Positions 41,300 to 51,479 of a stretch of DNA of 64,000 nucleotides are shown here, piece by piece. The stretch covers positions 74,340,001 through 74,404,000 of the forward strand of contig NC_086097.1 in assembly GCF_963921235.1 (NCBI RefSeq), written 5' to 3'. Each line of letters starts with the position of its first letter. Position 1 is the first letter of the stretch. A model generated the notes under the pieces. It did not search any database. It had not been told where the DNA came from and worked only from the letters and a program-made list of their open reading frames with translations. This DNA is from Mobula hypostoma (taxonomy: Eukaryota). A program made the translations under genes and the position numbers.

Positions 41300-41640
41300 G
41301 CCATAGAGTCACACAGTATGGCAGAAGGCCCTTTGGCCCATTGAGTATACACTGAGCATCAACCTCTCATTTCCACAAATCCCACACAAATGCATTCTGT
41401 ATATTCTCCTCATTTTCTCATCAACTGTGCCCCAGATTCACCATTAATGTACACACCAGGGATAAGTTGCAGTGGCCAATGAATCTACTAGTCTGCAAGC
41501 CTTTCAGATATGGGAGGAAACCAGATCACCAGGAGGAAACCCCCATGGACATAGGGTGAACGTAGGTAGCACAGGAGCACAGAAGGTCAAGAGCAATGGA
41601 CTTATAAGGCAGCAACTCTAGTAGTTGTGTTGTTCTGCCA
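41300..41640 (-). mobile_element. Old V-SINE-type SINE
   Basis: gggaggaaaccagatcaccaggaggaaaccc core on the reverse strand; ggccctttggccc 3' stem. Confidence 0.65.
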
Positions 41641-44466
41641 CCAGTCCAGACAAACCAATAAGCCTGAAAATTCCTGGGGCTTCATTCTGCTACACTCAAG
41701 TCTAAGCAGAACTTAGACCCATGCTTACCCAAATGATAGAAACCCTCTTCTTCTTCCTGGGAATGGAGTCATACTCACAGTAGGGAGGCAGGCTGCCGAC
41801 ACTCAGGAAGAATTCTCAGTGATCACCCTGGGCCTAAGATGATGGCTGCCTTCAAGGCAGAGCAGTTCTTTCCAGGGAACCTGGATGGACCATGGACCTA
41901 ATTTTCAGTGGAGCTATTCTCATTGGAAAAGGTGGGAAGAGGAGAGGGGTTAATGAGGGTGCATAGGCTTTCCACTTATTCAAACTTTAGAGATTTCACC
42001 CAAAAGAGCTAGTGTTCACTTCAGCCTGTGTCCTTCTTATTCTCCAGCCGAAGTTTGAGTTAAGACAGAGAAAGCTTCTGTGCTGCTAATTAACCATTAC
42101 TATCAAATATCTCCTGTGAGGTAAGTAGAGGGAGGAAACTTTAAGCTCTATATACTGGGTGGAACCTTTCTGCAAACAAACTAGTTAATCGCAGAGTGAG
42201 ATGATGGGCTATACGGGAGGGCAGCAATGTGATATGATGAAAAATAGTTCTTGGCTTTCTAACATAACAGGAAGCAAAATTCTAAGCTGATTCAGTGAGA
42301 CTTCATAATGTAAAAAAAACTTTGAAGTTCCAGTAACCATTTCGGAGTGAAATGGATTAACTGCCAATGTACCCAGAAACACACAGAGTTTGGAGCTCTT
42401 TAGAACAGCAAACGCAAGGGCAATGTGAGATGTGCTGAGAGAATTAAGCATAAGTTGGCCCAGAAAGAGAAAGAAAAACTAACAAAAATACAGAATTTCT
42501 GTTATATTTTGAAAGACTCATAACTATTTTAAAATTTCATCATTGACTAACAGCACACAAATGCTTAACAAGTTCATATTTAAATTATTTCTCCACTACT
42601 ATAAGAGAAGGGCTAGTCCATGTGCTAAATAAATTCATTAATACAATTGCTTAAACAGCAGGAAAGGAAATGTTATATAATGCACACTGAGTGATCTGAT
42701 GTGAATATTTCATGATATAATTTTAAATATGTGGGATAAGAAACGATTGCACACCACGAGGACTAAAAGCAAGGTCAAAAAGACATAAAGGTTAACAGAA
42801 GTATTGAGAAGAAATTTGAGCAATTATTTCAAGCCATTAACAATTTCTATCCCAAAGCTTTTCCTAGCCAACAGTTTCCTTTTGAAGTGTGAACAGTGCT
42901 CTTAGGTAGGCAAATATGGCAATCAGTCGGCGCACAGCAGGGTGGGCACAACAGCAGGGGAAATTAATGATCTGTTCATGGAAGTTTTGGCCCAAGCATA
43001 AAACTGGTCAAAGATGAATGACATAGATTGTAAATTATTCAGGAAACGGAGTCATTTCCTAATCAGATGGTGGCTTCTTCTTGAAAGTGCTGCAGTCTAT
43101 GTAGTTGTGGAATCCTGGTGCATTGATCAAACCTTCTTTCACTTGCTGCCTGGATTTTACCACTGAATTCTCTGACTGACGATGATTCTAATCACAAACA
43201 TTGTAGTATTGTCAGAAGGATACTGTGAGATATATTTTTTCAAATAATTGGAAGGATGTTCAGCTAAGGATAATAAATATTTTTGCAATGTCTATATCCT
43301 CAGGCAGAATGATGTCTGAAACTCAAGATTCCAAGTTTACCTACTAATCAAATGGGTCTCAATGTGTTACTTATAGTAAAGCCTTCAGCACATTTGAGAG
43401 CTTCTGAGACAAAAATGTGTTGATAAAATAGCCTTGTTTTGATCCTTCCAAAGCATTCTCTGTTTTGTTGGCTTTCAGTAAAGCCACAGTAAGCCTCTTA
43501 TTCAACATATATATTCAACACAGCTTTCATAACCTGTTGATAACTAATGGTAATTGTTCTTGTTCTTAACTCTGCTTTCTATCAAAACTGCTAGCCCAAA
43601 ATATTTGTCTGAATATTGCTTTCTTGCTAATCATCTCTGAACATGTGTCTGATTCAGATTCAGCAATTCTGAATGATTTGTATCTAAAACATGCTTTGAC
43701 AATTGTCTGCCCCTGCAAAGAATGAACAGTAAGAGTATAGTCTATGACAGAGTCTTTGTTGCAAGTTTTTGAAAGAAACAGAAAAGAAACAAGAGTCTCT
43801 CATTTAGTTCTGTGCAGCCAAATTGTAGACCTACTTTACACAGATCTGAAAACCACACATGGCAGACTTGAAAATCCTTTCTTGTAATTAAGCCTAACTA
43901 CTCAACCAAATGGCCAAGACGTCAGGAACAAAATTATTTGAGGTTCATTAGAGACTCGTTGCTTTGAAATAGTCTGAAGAAAATTATCTTAGCACTCAGG
44001 GAAATAGTTTTTATCTTTAGTGTACCACTGTTATCTTTTGGTACAGTCATAGTTTTCATTCAGTCCCAGGGGTAGCATATTTATACTTCTGCATGAACAT
44101 TAAGCTCCAAAATAAAATAACTTCTAACTCACACTTTAAGTGGACACAGTTGTTGTAAACTCCTCTTTATTCACACATGCTTCCTCTGAAAGAGAGCTGA
44201 TCTCCAATATCTTCAACAACATTTACAGCATAAAGCAATTTCATTTTATTAATCCCATAGCCATTACCAAGCAGAGGAACAACAAATTTCATGACATATG
44301 CCAGTGATATTAAACCTGATTCTGATTTTGATTCTGAACATGTGTGCTTATTCATTAGTGGGAGTGCAGGATTTTGCTGGTTAAAAGTGAGACACACGAT
44401 ATTTGGTGTCACAACCAAGAAAGAAAACAGCAGTTATAATCTAAACCTATACATGACCAATATCTA

Positions 44467-44665
44467 AACACAAAAAGTTCTGCAGATGCTGGAAATCCAA
44501 AGCAATGCACTCAAAGTACTGGAGGAACTCAGCAGGTCAGGCAGCATCTATGTAAATAATTCAACAGTCAATGTTTCGGGCTAAGATCCTTCAGCAGGAC
44601 TCATGAAGGGTCCTGATGAAGTGTCTTGGCCTGAAACATACACTATTTATTTATTTCCATAGATG
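44467..44665 (-). mobile_element. Penelope mini-insertion with fold-back end
   Basis: TSD accaatatcta (44456-44466, 44669-44679); inverted arms around 44600-44610 including cctgatga...gaaac. Confidence 0.85.
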
Positions 44666-45117
44666 ATAACCAATATCTATATTTATTTCTGTGTGTGCTA
44701 CAGAAAATATCACTGATTTTCTTTGCTATGTAAACCAATGGATCCACAGTCTTCCTGTAACAAGGCAGTACCTTTCTGCTGCGTATTCAATACGTAGATA
44801 TTATTCTCTATTTTTGTTATGTTAGAAGGGTTTAGATTCATGCCAAGAGCTACTATACACTGCAGCACCTTCAACCCAGCCCTTTCACCCACATAATCTT
44901 GTACGGCTCCTGCATAGCAACCTTTCCCTGCAACCATTGTAATTTCCCCTCTGCTGGGACTCGTTCTGCAAGGTGTGTGTCAGAACAATCACAAGGAGAA
45001 TCTCCAGAGTGGGATGATCTTTGCCGTCTTGCTAATGATGTGATAAAATAGGTTAATTCAGATGTGGCCATTAACATTGATGATTGTTTGTCTCAAGAAG
45101 ACCTACAGGCTTATGGC

Positions 45118-45303
45118 TGTTATGTTCTTTATATTAATACGTACCGTGGGTTAACAATAAAGAATCATATTCTGGAAGAGTCAGAACTCTTATTTACAGC
45201 AACCAAAACAAGTTTTTACCAAGCCATGTTCCAGATCATTCTATCATTTCTGCACATGCTCAGAACTCTTTCCAATCATGTTCTGACACCTCACATCATC
45301 ACA
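45118..45303 (-). repeat. 3' LTR
   Basis: TGT...ACA termini; 12 substitutions and no indels versus 51238-51423 (hand count). Confidence 0.95.
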
Positions 45304-45316
45304 TCTTCCTTTCCTT
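45304..45316 (-). promoter_or_regulatory. Polypurine tract
   Basis: Minus-strand aaggaaaggaaga abutting the 3' LTR. Confidence 0.85.
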
Positions 45317-45451
45317 AAAAAGAAAAACAATTAGCAACATTAACCAGAACAAATGTATAATTTAATATGTTTCTATCAGTCCCTCTGGGGGCTTACAAAC
45401 ATGGGTTGATCTTCTGAGTGGTTCACACAGTTCTTGTGTTTCGTTGTAATT

Positions 45452-46165
45452 TCAATGTTTTATCTGGTCTGCATCAGTTAACTGAAACTCTGAAGTTAGC
45501 TCTTTCTCGAGGTCTTTGCGATTTCTTCTTAACACTGCTCCTGCTTCTGTTTGGACCATGTATGATCTGGGTCCTACTTCTGCATGTACTGTAGCTTTCT
45601 TAATTCCTTCCACTTCCATTTGTAATGAAATACAAATCTTTTTTTCTTCATCTAATTCATTCATTAACTGTGTAATCTCTTTTTCATGCTGAGACTTCAT
45701 CATTTCAATAAAACTTCTCAATTCCTTCACTTGTGCTTTCACTTCTTCAATTGGGTCCTGATTCTTGTCAATCCTTGGCTTCAGACCAGTATTGCACCGT
45801 ATCGGCAAGTTTGGCCTCTGTCCTCCTGCAGAGGTGAGATTGTGATGGAATGCATCGCCCATTGATGCATGTGCGTTACTTCCAGAGGGCAAAATTGCAA
45901 CTCCTGGTTTTGGTGGCAATGCTTTGTCAGATGCTGGTAACAAAGGGATGGGTCTGGGAGCTTTCTTTATGACTTCTAGCTGTTCTATTCTGTCACTGTA
46001 TTCTGACTCTGTGTCATCGTCCAGGACTAATACCCTTTTCACCAAATTCAGTCTCTCACAGGCAGATAGACCCAGTATTGACTGTACATTCTTTGGCACC
46101 ACCACAAATGAAAGCGTGTGAACAATATTTTTGTATGATACTTTTGCCACATACGTTCCTTTAAC
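45452..46165 (-). pseudogene. Chimeric open frame: Gypsy protease C-terminus + SH3KBP1 fragment + integrase C-terminus
   Basis: ORF 45452..46186: VKGTYVAKV...ILGLSACERLNLVKR (protease), then LPPKPG...coiled coil, then ATV..VGPRSYMVQTEAGAVLRRNRKDL (Gypsy integrase tail). Confidence 0.85.
45593..45991 (-). pseudogene. SH3KBP1: Captured fragment of SH3KBP1/CIN85 (CD2AP family) C-terminus
   Basis: [52 protein letters not shown] aligns with the recalled CIN85 coiled coil [52 protein letters not shown]; upstream LPPKPG also matches. Confidence 0.88.
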
Positions 46166-46166
46166 A

Positions 46167-46590
46167 ATGAACATATGATTCTCCAATTTCCGGCAATTGC
46201 CTCCCCCTCCCTTCCCCTATCCCTATGTCACTCTGCCCCCTCCCCCAGCTGCCTATCATCTCCCTCTTGGTTCCACCTCCTTCTACTACTCATTGTGCTT
46301 TCCCCTATTCCTTCTTCACCTTTCCTGCCTATCACCTCCCTGCGTCCCCTCCCCCACCCCTTTATCTTTCCCCTTACTGGTTTTTCACCTGGAACCTACC
46401 AGCCTTCTCCTTCTCACCCTCCCCCACCTTCTTTATAGGGCCTCTGCCCCTTCCATCTACAGTCCTGATGAAGGGTTCCAGCCCGAAACGTCAACTGATC
46501 GTTTCCATCGATGCTGCCCGACCTGCTGAGTTCCTCCAGCGTGTTGTGAGTGTTGTTTTGACCCCAGCATCTGCAGATTATTTTGTGTTT
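46167..46590 (+). repeat. Penelope upstream pseudo-LTR
   Basis: Direct repeat of 49719-50106, extending further to ...ctgcagattattttgtgttt. Confidence 0.9.
46460..46497 (+). ncRNA. Minimal type I hammerhead ribozyme motif
   Basis: CAGUC-CUGAUGA-A-GGGU(UCCA)GCCC-GAAAC-GUC-AACUG. Confidence 0.8.
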
Positions 46591-48617
46591 ACGATTCGCT
46601 ACTCCACTGTGAAGTCTCTTCGAGATATGCCTACCCTGAAGAAGTTTAAATCTTCTCTTCGATGGGAGTTCAGTGAGACCCTCTCTCACTGCTCCCCCTC
46701 TGTGATCTCCGCCTCTCTCTGACTCTTCGACCAAATCCTCACCCAGACTCGCTACCACAGCCACGTCGCCTCCCTGGGAACGTGTCTCCGCCACCATCTG
46801 TTACCGCAGGGATTCCAGCTCCGGTTCCAGGCCTCCCAGTCGGGCCCAGCAAGGGTCCCAGGTACCTCCGTTTCATTGACCGCTGCTGCCGCCGCTGTTC
46901 CCACTGGATTCTCCGCACCACGCTCGCTGCCATGCGAAGATACCTATGGGCCCTGTCCCTCTCTCTGCCACCACTCCGGGCCTCGCTCTCCACCATCTGC
47001 CATGGACCTCTCCTACACTTCATTCTCCGCTGGATTCACGCCTCCAACCGCAGTTTCTTCTCCTTCCTCGCGTCCAAGAAGGACCACAAGCTTGCCCGCC
47101 TGGAGCCCACGAGGACGACCAGCTCCAGCCCAGACCCCGACCCCTCGGACCTTGGCTTCTCAGGCCTTTGGCAGGCCGAAGACCCATCCACCTCTGATCC
47201 TGACCCCGAATGGAACCACAGCCCCCCGGACATGGGCACCAGCCCCCGGCGGGCCATAAACTCACTCGCTTCTGACTCCGACCTCAGTTCTAGGGCCCTG
47301 CAAGCTACAGACCCCGTCACCCCCAGCTCCAGATCCAGCTCGGACCGAGGACCCGACCCTCTCCAGACAGGGACTGCTCTTACTACCACTGGGTCCTACT
47401 GCCCGTCTTATTCTCCCACTACCCTCTTTCCTCCCCGCGACTCCCAACCTTCCCTTTACCCCTCATCGCCCCTCCATTCCTCTGATCCCTCATACTCCCC
47501 TAACCCCACTCTCCCTGAACATCCCAACCCCCCGCTCCCTTCTGAGACCTCCCACTCTTCACCCTCCTCTGACCCCAGCCCCAACCCTTGCCGTGTCTTC
47601 GCCATCCCCTCTGACCTTCCCCTCTCTGAGGCAGAACGTTCTGTCCTTAGCAAAGGCCTCACTTTTGTCCCCCTCCGTCCACACCTCAGTGAGTTCCGTG
47701 CTCGCCATGACGCTGAACTCTTCTTCCATCGCCTACGTCTTTGAGCCTACTTCTTTAGCAAGGATTCCCCTCCCCTACTGAGGACCCTTCCTCCCATTTT
47801 CAACCCTCCTCCTCCTCCTGGACAGCCCGCCTGGGCCTTCTACCTGCACTTGACCCCTTCATCTCCAACTGTCGCCGAGACAGCAACCGTCTCAACTTCA
47901 CCACTCATCTCTCCTGTTCCAACCTCACTGCCTCTGAACGCACTGTCCTCCACTCTCTCCGCACTAATCCCAACCTCATCATCAAAGCCGCTGACAAAGG
48001 TGGTGCCGTAGTAGTCTGGCGGATGGACCTCTACCTCACTGAGGCCAAACGGCAGCTCTCTGACACCTCCTCTTACTTACCCCTGGAACAGGACCCCACC
48101 AAAAAACATCAAACCATCGTCTCCCATACCATCACTGCCCTTATCAACTCCGGAGCCCTTCCATCTTCAGCCGCTAAATTCATTATTCCCATACCCCGTA
48201 CCTCCTCCCCACGATCCACAAGCCTGACTGTCCCAGTAGACCCATAGTTTCTGCCTGCTCCTGTCCCACTGAACTTGTATCTGCCTACCTGTACTCCATT
48301 TTGTCACCCACAGTTCACCTACACCTACATCCAGGATACATCCCATGCCCTCCACCTCTTCAATAACTTCCAATTTCCCAGTCCCAACCGCTTCATTTTC
48401 ACTATGGATGTCCAATCCTTATACACCTCCATTCCCCATCAAAAAGGCCTCAAAGCCCTCCGCTAATTTCTGGATAATAGACCTCACCAATTTCCCACCA
48501 CCACTACCCTCCTCCAGTTGGCGGAACTGGTTCTCACACCTAATAACTTCTCTTTTGGCTCTTCCCACTTTCCTCAGACTAAGGGTGTAGCTATAGGAAC
48601 TCGCATGGGCCCCAGCT

Positions 48618-49748
48618 ATGCCTGCCTCTTCGTTGGTTATGTGGAACAGTCGGTGCTCCAAAGCTATTCTGGTACTGCTCCCCAATTTTTCCTTTGGTAC
48701 ATTGATGACTACATTGGTGCTGCTGCCTGCACCCATGCTGAGCTCGTCAATTTCATTGACTTCAAACTTCCACCCAGCCCTCAAATTCACTTGGTCTATC
48801 TCGGACACTTCTCTCCCCTTTCTTGATCTCTCGATCTCCATCTCTGGAGACAGACTGTCCACTGACATCTTCTACAAGCCCACAGACTCTCATAACTACC
48901 TCGACTATACCTCTTCCCACCCCGCCACATGCAAAAATGCCATTCCCTATTCCCAGTTCCTCCGACTCCACTGCATCTGCTCCCAGGATGAGGCTTTCCG
49001 TTCCAGGACATATCAAATGTCCTCTTTCTTTAAGGATCGTGGTTTCCCTTCTACCGTCATCAATGATGCCCTCACCCGCATCTCCTCCATTTCCCGCACT
49101 TCGGCCCTCACCCCATCCTCCCACCACCACAAAAGGGACAGAGTTCCCCTTGTCCTCACCTACCCCCCCACCAGCCTCCGGATGCAGCACATTATCCTCC
49201 GCAACTTCCGCCACCTTCAACAGGACCCCACCACTAAGCACATCTTTCCCTCTCCTCCCCTCTCTGCTTATTGCAGGGGTCGGTCCCTCCGCGACTCCCT
49301 GGTCCACACGTCCCTCCCCATGGATCTCCCACCCGGCACTTATCCCTGTAAGCGTAAGTGCTACACCTGTCCCTACACCTCCTCCCTTGCCACCATTCAG
49401 GACCCCAAACAGTCCTTCCAGGTGAGGCAACACTTCACTTGTGAGTTTGTTGGGGTCATCTATTGCATCCGGTGCTCCCGGTATGGCCTCCTCTACACTG
49501 GTGAAACCCAACGCAGATTGGAGGACCGCTTCGTCGAGCACCTCCGCTCCGTCCGTCACAACAGACAGGATCTCCCGGTAGCCACCCACTTCAACTCTGC
49601 TTCCCACTCCCATTCAGATATGTCCATACATGGCCTCCTCTACTGCCATGATGAGGCTAAACTCAGGTTGGAGGAGCAACACCTCATATACCGTCTAGGT
49701 AGTCTCCAGCACCTTGGTATGAACATAGAATTCTCCAACTTCCAGTAA
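48618..49748 (+). pseudogene. Penelope RT C-terminus/thumb + Zn-finger linker + GIY-YIG endonuclease
   Basis: 376-aa ORF with PFLD, YKPT, CxxxCxxC, GVIY/LYTGET and RFVEH; frameshifted from the YIDD frame. Confidence 0.9.
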
Positions 49749-50106
49749 TACCCTCCCCCTCCCTTCCTCTATCCCTATTTCACTCTGCCCCCTCCCCCAG
49801 CTGCCTATCACATCCCTCATGGTTCCGCCTCCTTCTACTACCCATTGTGTTTCCCGTATTCTTTCTTCACCATTCCTGCCTATCACCTCCCTGCTTCTCC
49901 TCCCCCACCCCTTTATCTTTCCCCTTACTGGTTTTTCACCTGGAACCTACCAGCCTTCTCCTTCCCACGCTCCCCCCACCTTCTTTATAGGGCCTCTGCC
50001 CCTTCCCTCTACAGTCCTGATGAGGGGTTCCGGCCCGAAACGTCGACTCATCGTTTCCACGGATGCTGCCCGACCTGCTGAGTTCCTCCACCATATTGTG
50101 AGTGTT
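49719..50106 (+). repeat. Penelope downstream pseudo-LTR
   Basis: Direct repeat of 46167-46553 overlapping the ORF end. Confidence 0.9.
50013..50048 (+). ncRNA. Minimal type I hammerhead ribozyme motif
   Basis: AGUC-CUGAUGA-GGGGUUCCGGCCC-GAAAC-GUC-GACU. Confidence 0.82.
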
Positions 50107-51125
50107 CCTTTAACTGGAATGTCTGCACCTGAATACCCAGTCACTTTTATATTTGTCTTATGTAACTTTGGTATTGGCTTTAATGCATTAAACTCAGATT
50201 CTGCAAGAACATTTACTTGTGCTCCAGTATCAAGTTTAAACAGAATATTGTTTTGGTTCACTTGCAACGGAATAGTCCAGTCATTCTTACTTTGTTTGTT
50301 TTCACAAAGCACATCTATATAAAACTCCTCAAGTTCATTTTCAAGCACTGCATTTACTTGTTTTATTTTCTTTCTACTTCTGCAACAGCGTGAAAAATGA
50401 TTACTCTTACCGCAGTCATTGCACATTTTCCCATACGCTGGACACTCTTTTGGTCAATGCTGATGCTTACAGCAATCACATAGCTTCTTTTTCTCAGATG
50501 ATGTCTTGCTCTCTGTCAGTTTTGTTGATGTTTTATTATTTTTTCAAATATGTTCGTGCTTTTTTACATCGTCTATGTGGCAACTTTCAATGAAAAATTC
50601 TGTAGCCTGCAACATTATGGTTTCCAATGCTTTGCAAAACATCAAAGCTTTCTCCAAGTCTAAATTTTGTTCTCTTAACAGTCTTTCTCTCAGACCATTA
50701 TCCCGAATGCCACAAATAATTCTCTCTTTAATGAGAGAGTCTGTCATTTCTCCAAACTCACATGCTTTACTGCGGTATCTCAACTCAGTAGCATATTGAT
50801 TAATTGTTTCAGCAGCTCTCTGCACATGTGTAAAAAATTCATGCCTTTCGTACTTCAAATTATGCTTCAGTATACAAAATGCTTCAAATTTGTCCATTCT
50901 CTATTCCAATTTTAAATTATCTCCATCTTCAAAAATAAAGTGATTATATACCTCAATTGCATCGTCACCTATTATGAGGAGTAGCAGCGCAGCTTTTATT
51001 TTTTCCGGTTTATCATCAGATCCGATCGCTGATAAATATATTTCAAAACGTTGCTTGAGTTTTCTCCAGTTCTCAGCTACGTTCCCAGTCAGCTGAAGTG
51101 TCAGTGGAGGTCGCAAACCTTCCAT
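50104..51125 (-). pseudogene. Gypsy gag + CCHC knuckle + aspartic protease N-terminal half (disrupted)
   Basis: MEGLRPP..GNVAENW, YERHEF, CEFG..IKERIICGI, CNDCGKSNHFSRCC, FKLDTGAQVNVL; stops at 50901-50903 and 50544-50546. Confidence 0.92.
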
Positions 51126-51224
51126 TTTTAAAACTGTTAGAAAACACCAAAGCAGTTCGAACTCTTTTTTCTTCGATTATCTTCACTTCTCCCGTGTTAT
51201 CGAACGTATTATTCTTCCAGACTG

Positions 51225-51237
51225 ACTTCTGACACCA
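51225..51237 (-). promoter_or_regulatory. Primer-binding site, tRNA-Leu-like
   Basis: Minus-strand TGGTGTCAGAAGT directly after the 5' LTR; complementary to the recalled tRNA-Leu 3' end (ACUUCUGACACCA). Confidence 0.85.
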
Positions 51238-51423
51238 TGTTGTGTTCTTTATATTAATACGTACCGTGGGTTAACAATAAAGAATCATATTCTGGAAGAA
51301 TTAGAACTCTTAATTACAGCAACCAAACCACGTTTTTACCAAGCCATGTTCCAGATCATTCTATCATTTCTGCGCATGCTCAGAACTCTTCCCAATCATG
51401 TTCTGCCACGTCATATCACCACA
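51238..51423 (-). repeat. 5' LTR
   Basis: Pairs with 45118-45303; followed by TSD atggc. Confidence 0.95.
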
Positions 51424-51479
51424 ATGGCATCTCCAGTTTTGCTGGGAAAGTGAGTGAAGATGGTTGTTAGGAAAGAGAC

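Larger units (their letters stand above)
46166..50103 (+). mobile_element. Near-full-length Penelope-like element (Neptune-type), with stops and frameshifts
   Basis: VLSKGLTFVP, ADKGGAVV, MDVQSLYTSIP, GVAIGTRMGPSYA, YIDD, PFLD, YKPT, CKRKCYTC linker, GIY-YIG (GVIYCIRC...LYTGET); direct pseudo-LTRs; 11-bp flanking duplicate gttcctttaac (46155-46165, 50104-50114). Confidence 0.95.
45118..51423 (-). mobile_element. Defective Gypsy/Ty3 LTR retrotransposon carrying a captured host gene fragment and a nested Penelope element
   Basis: Paired 186-bp LTRs, 5-bp TSD atggc (45113-45117, 51424-51428), PBS, PPT, gag, Zn knuckle, protease, integrase C-terminus. Confidence 0.95.

Noticed and set aside
45593..45991. 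Genuine SH3KBP1 host exon
   Set aside because: It lies between two LTRs, is fused to retroelement coding sequence at both ends, lacks the native last residues and stop, and no other SH3KBP1 exons were seen.
48762..49613. 283-aa minus-strand ORF and other ORFs overlapping the Penelope element
   Set aside because: Antisense or alternate-frame shadows of C-rich coding sequence; no recognisable domain.
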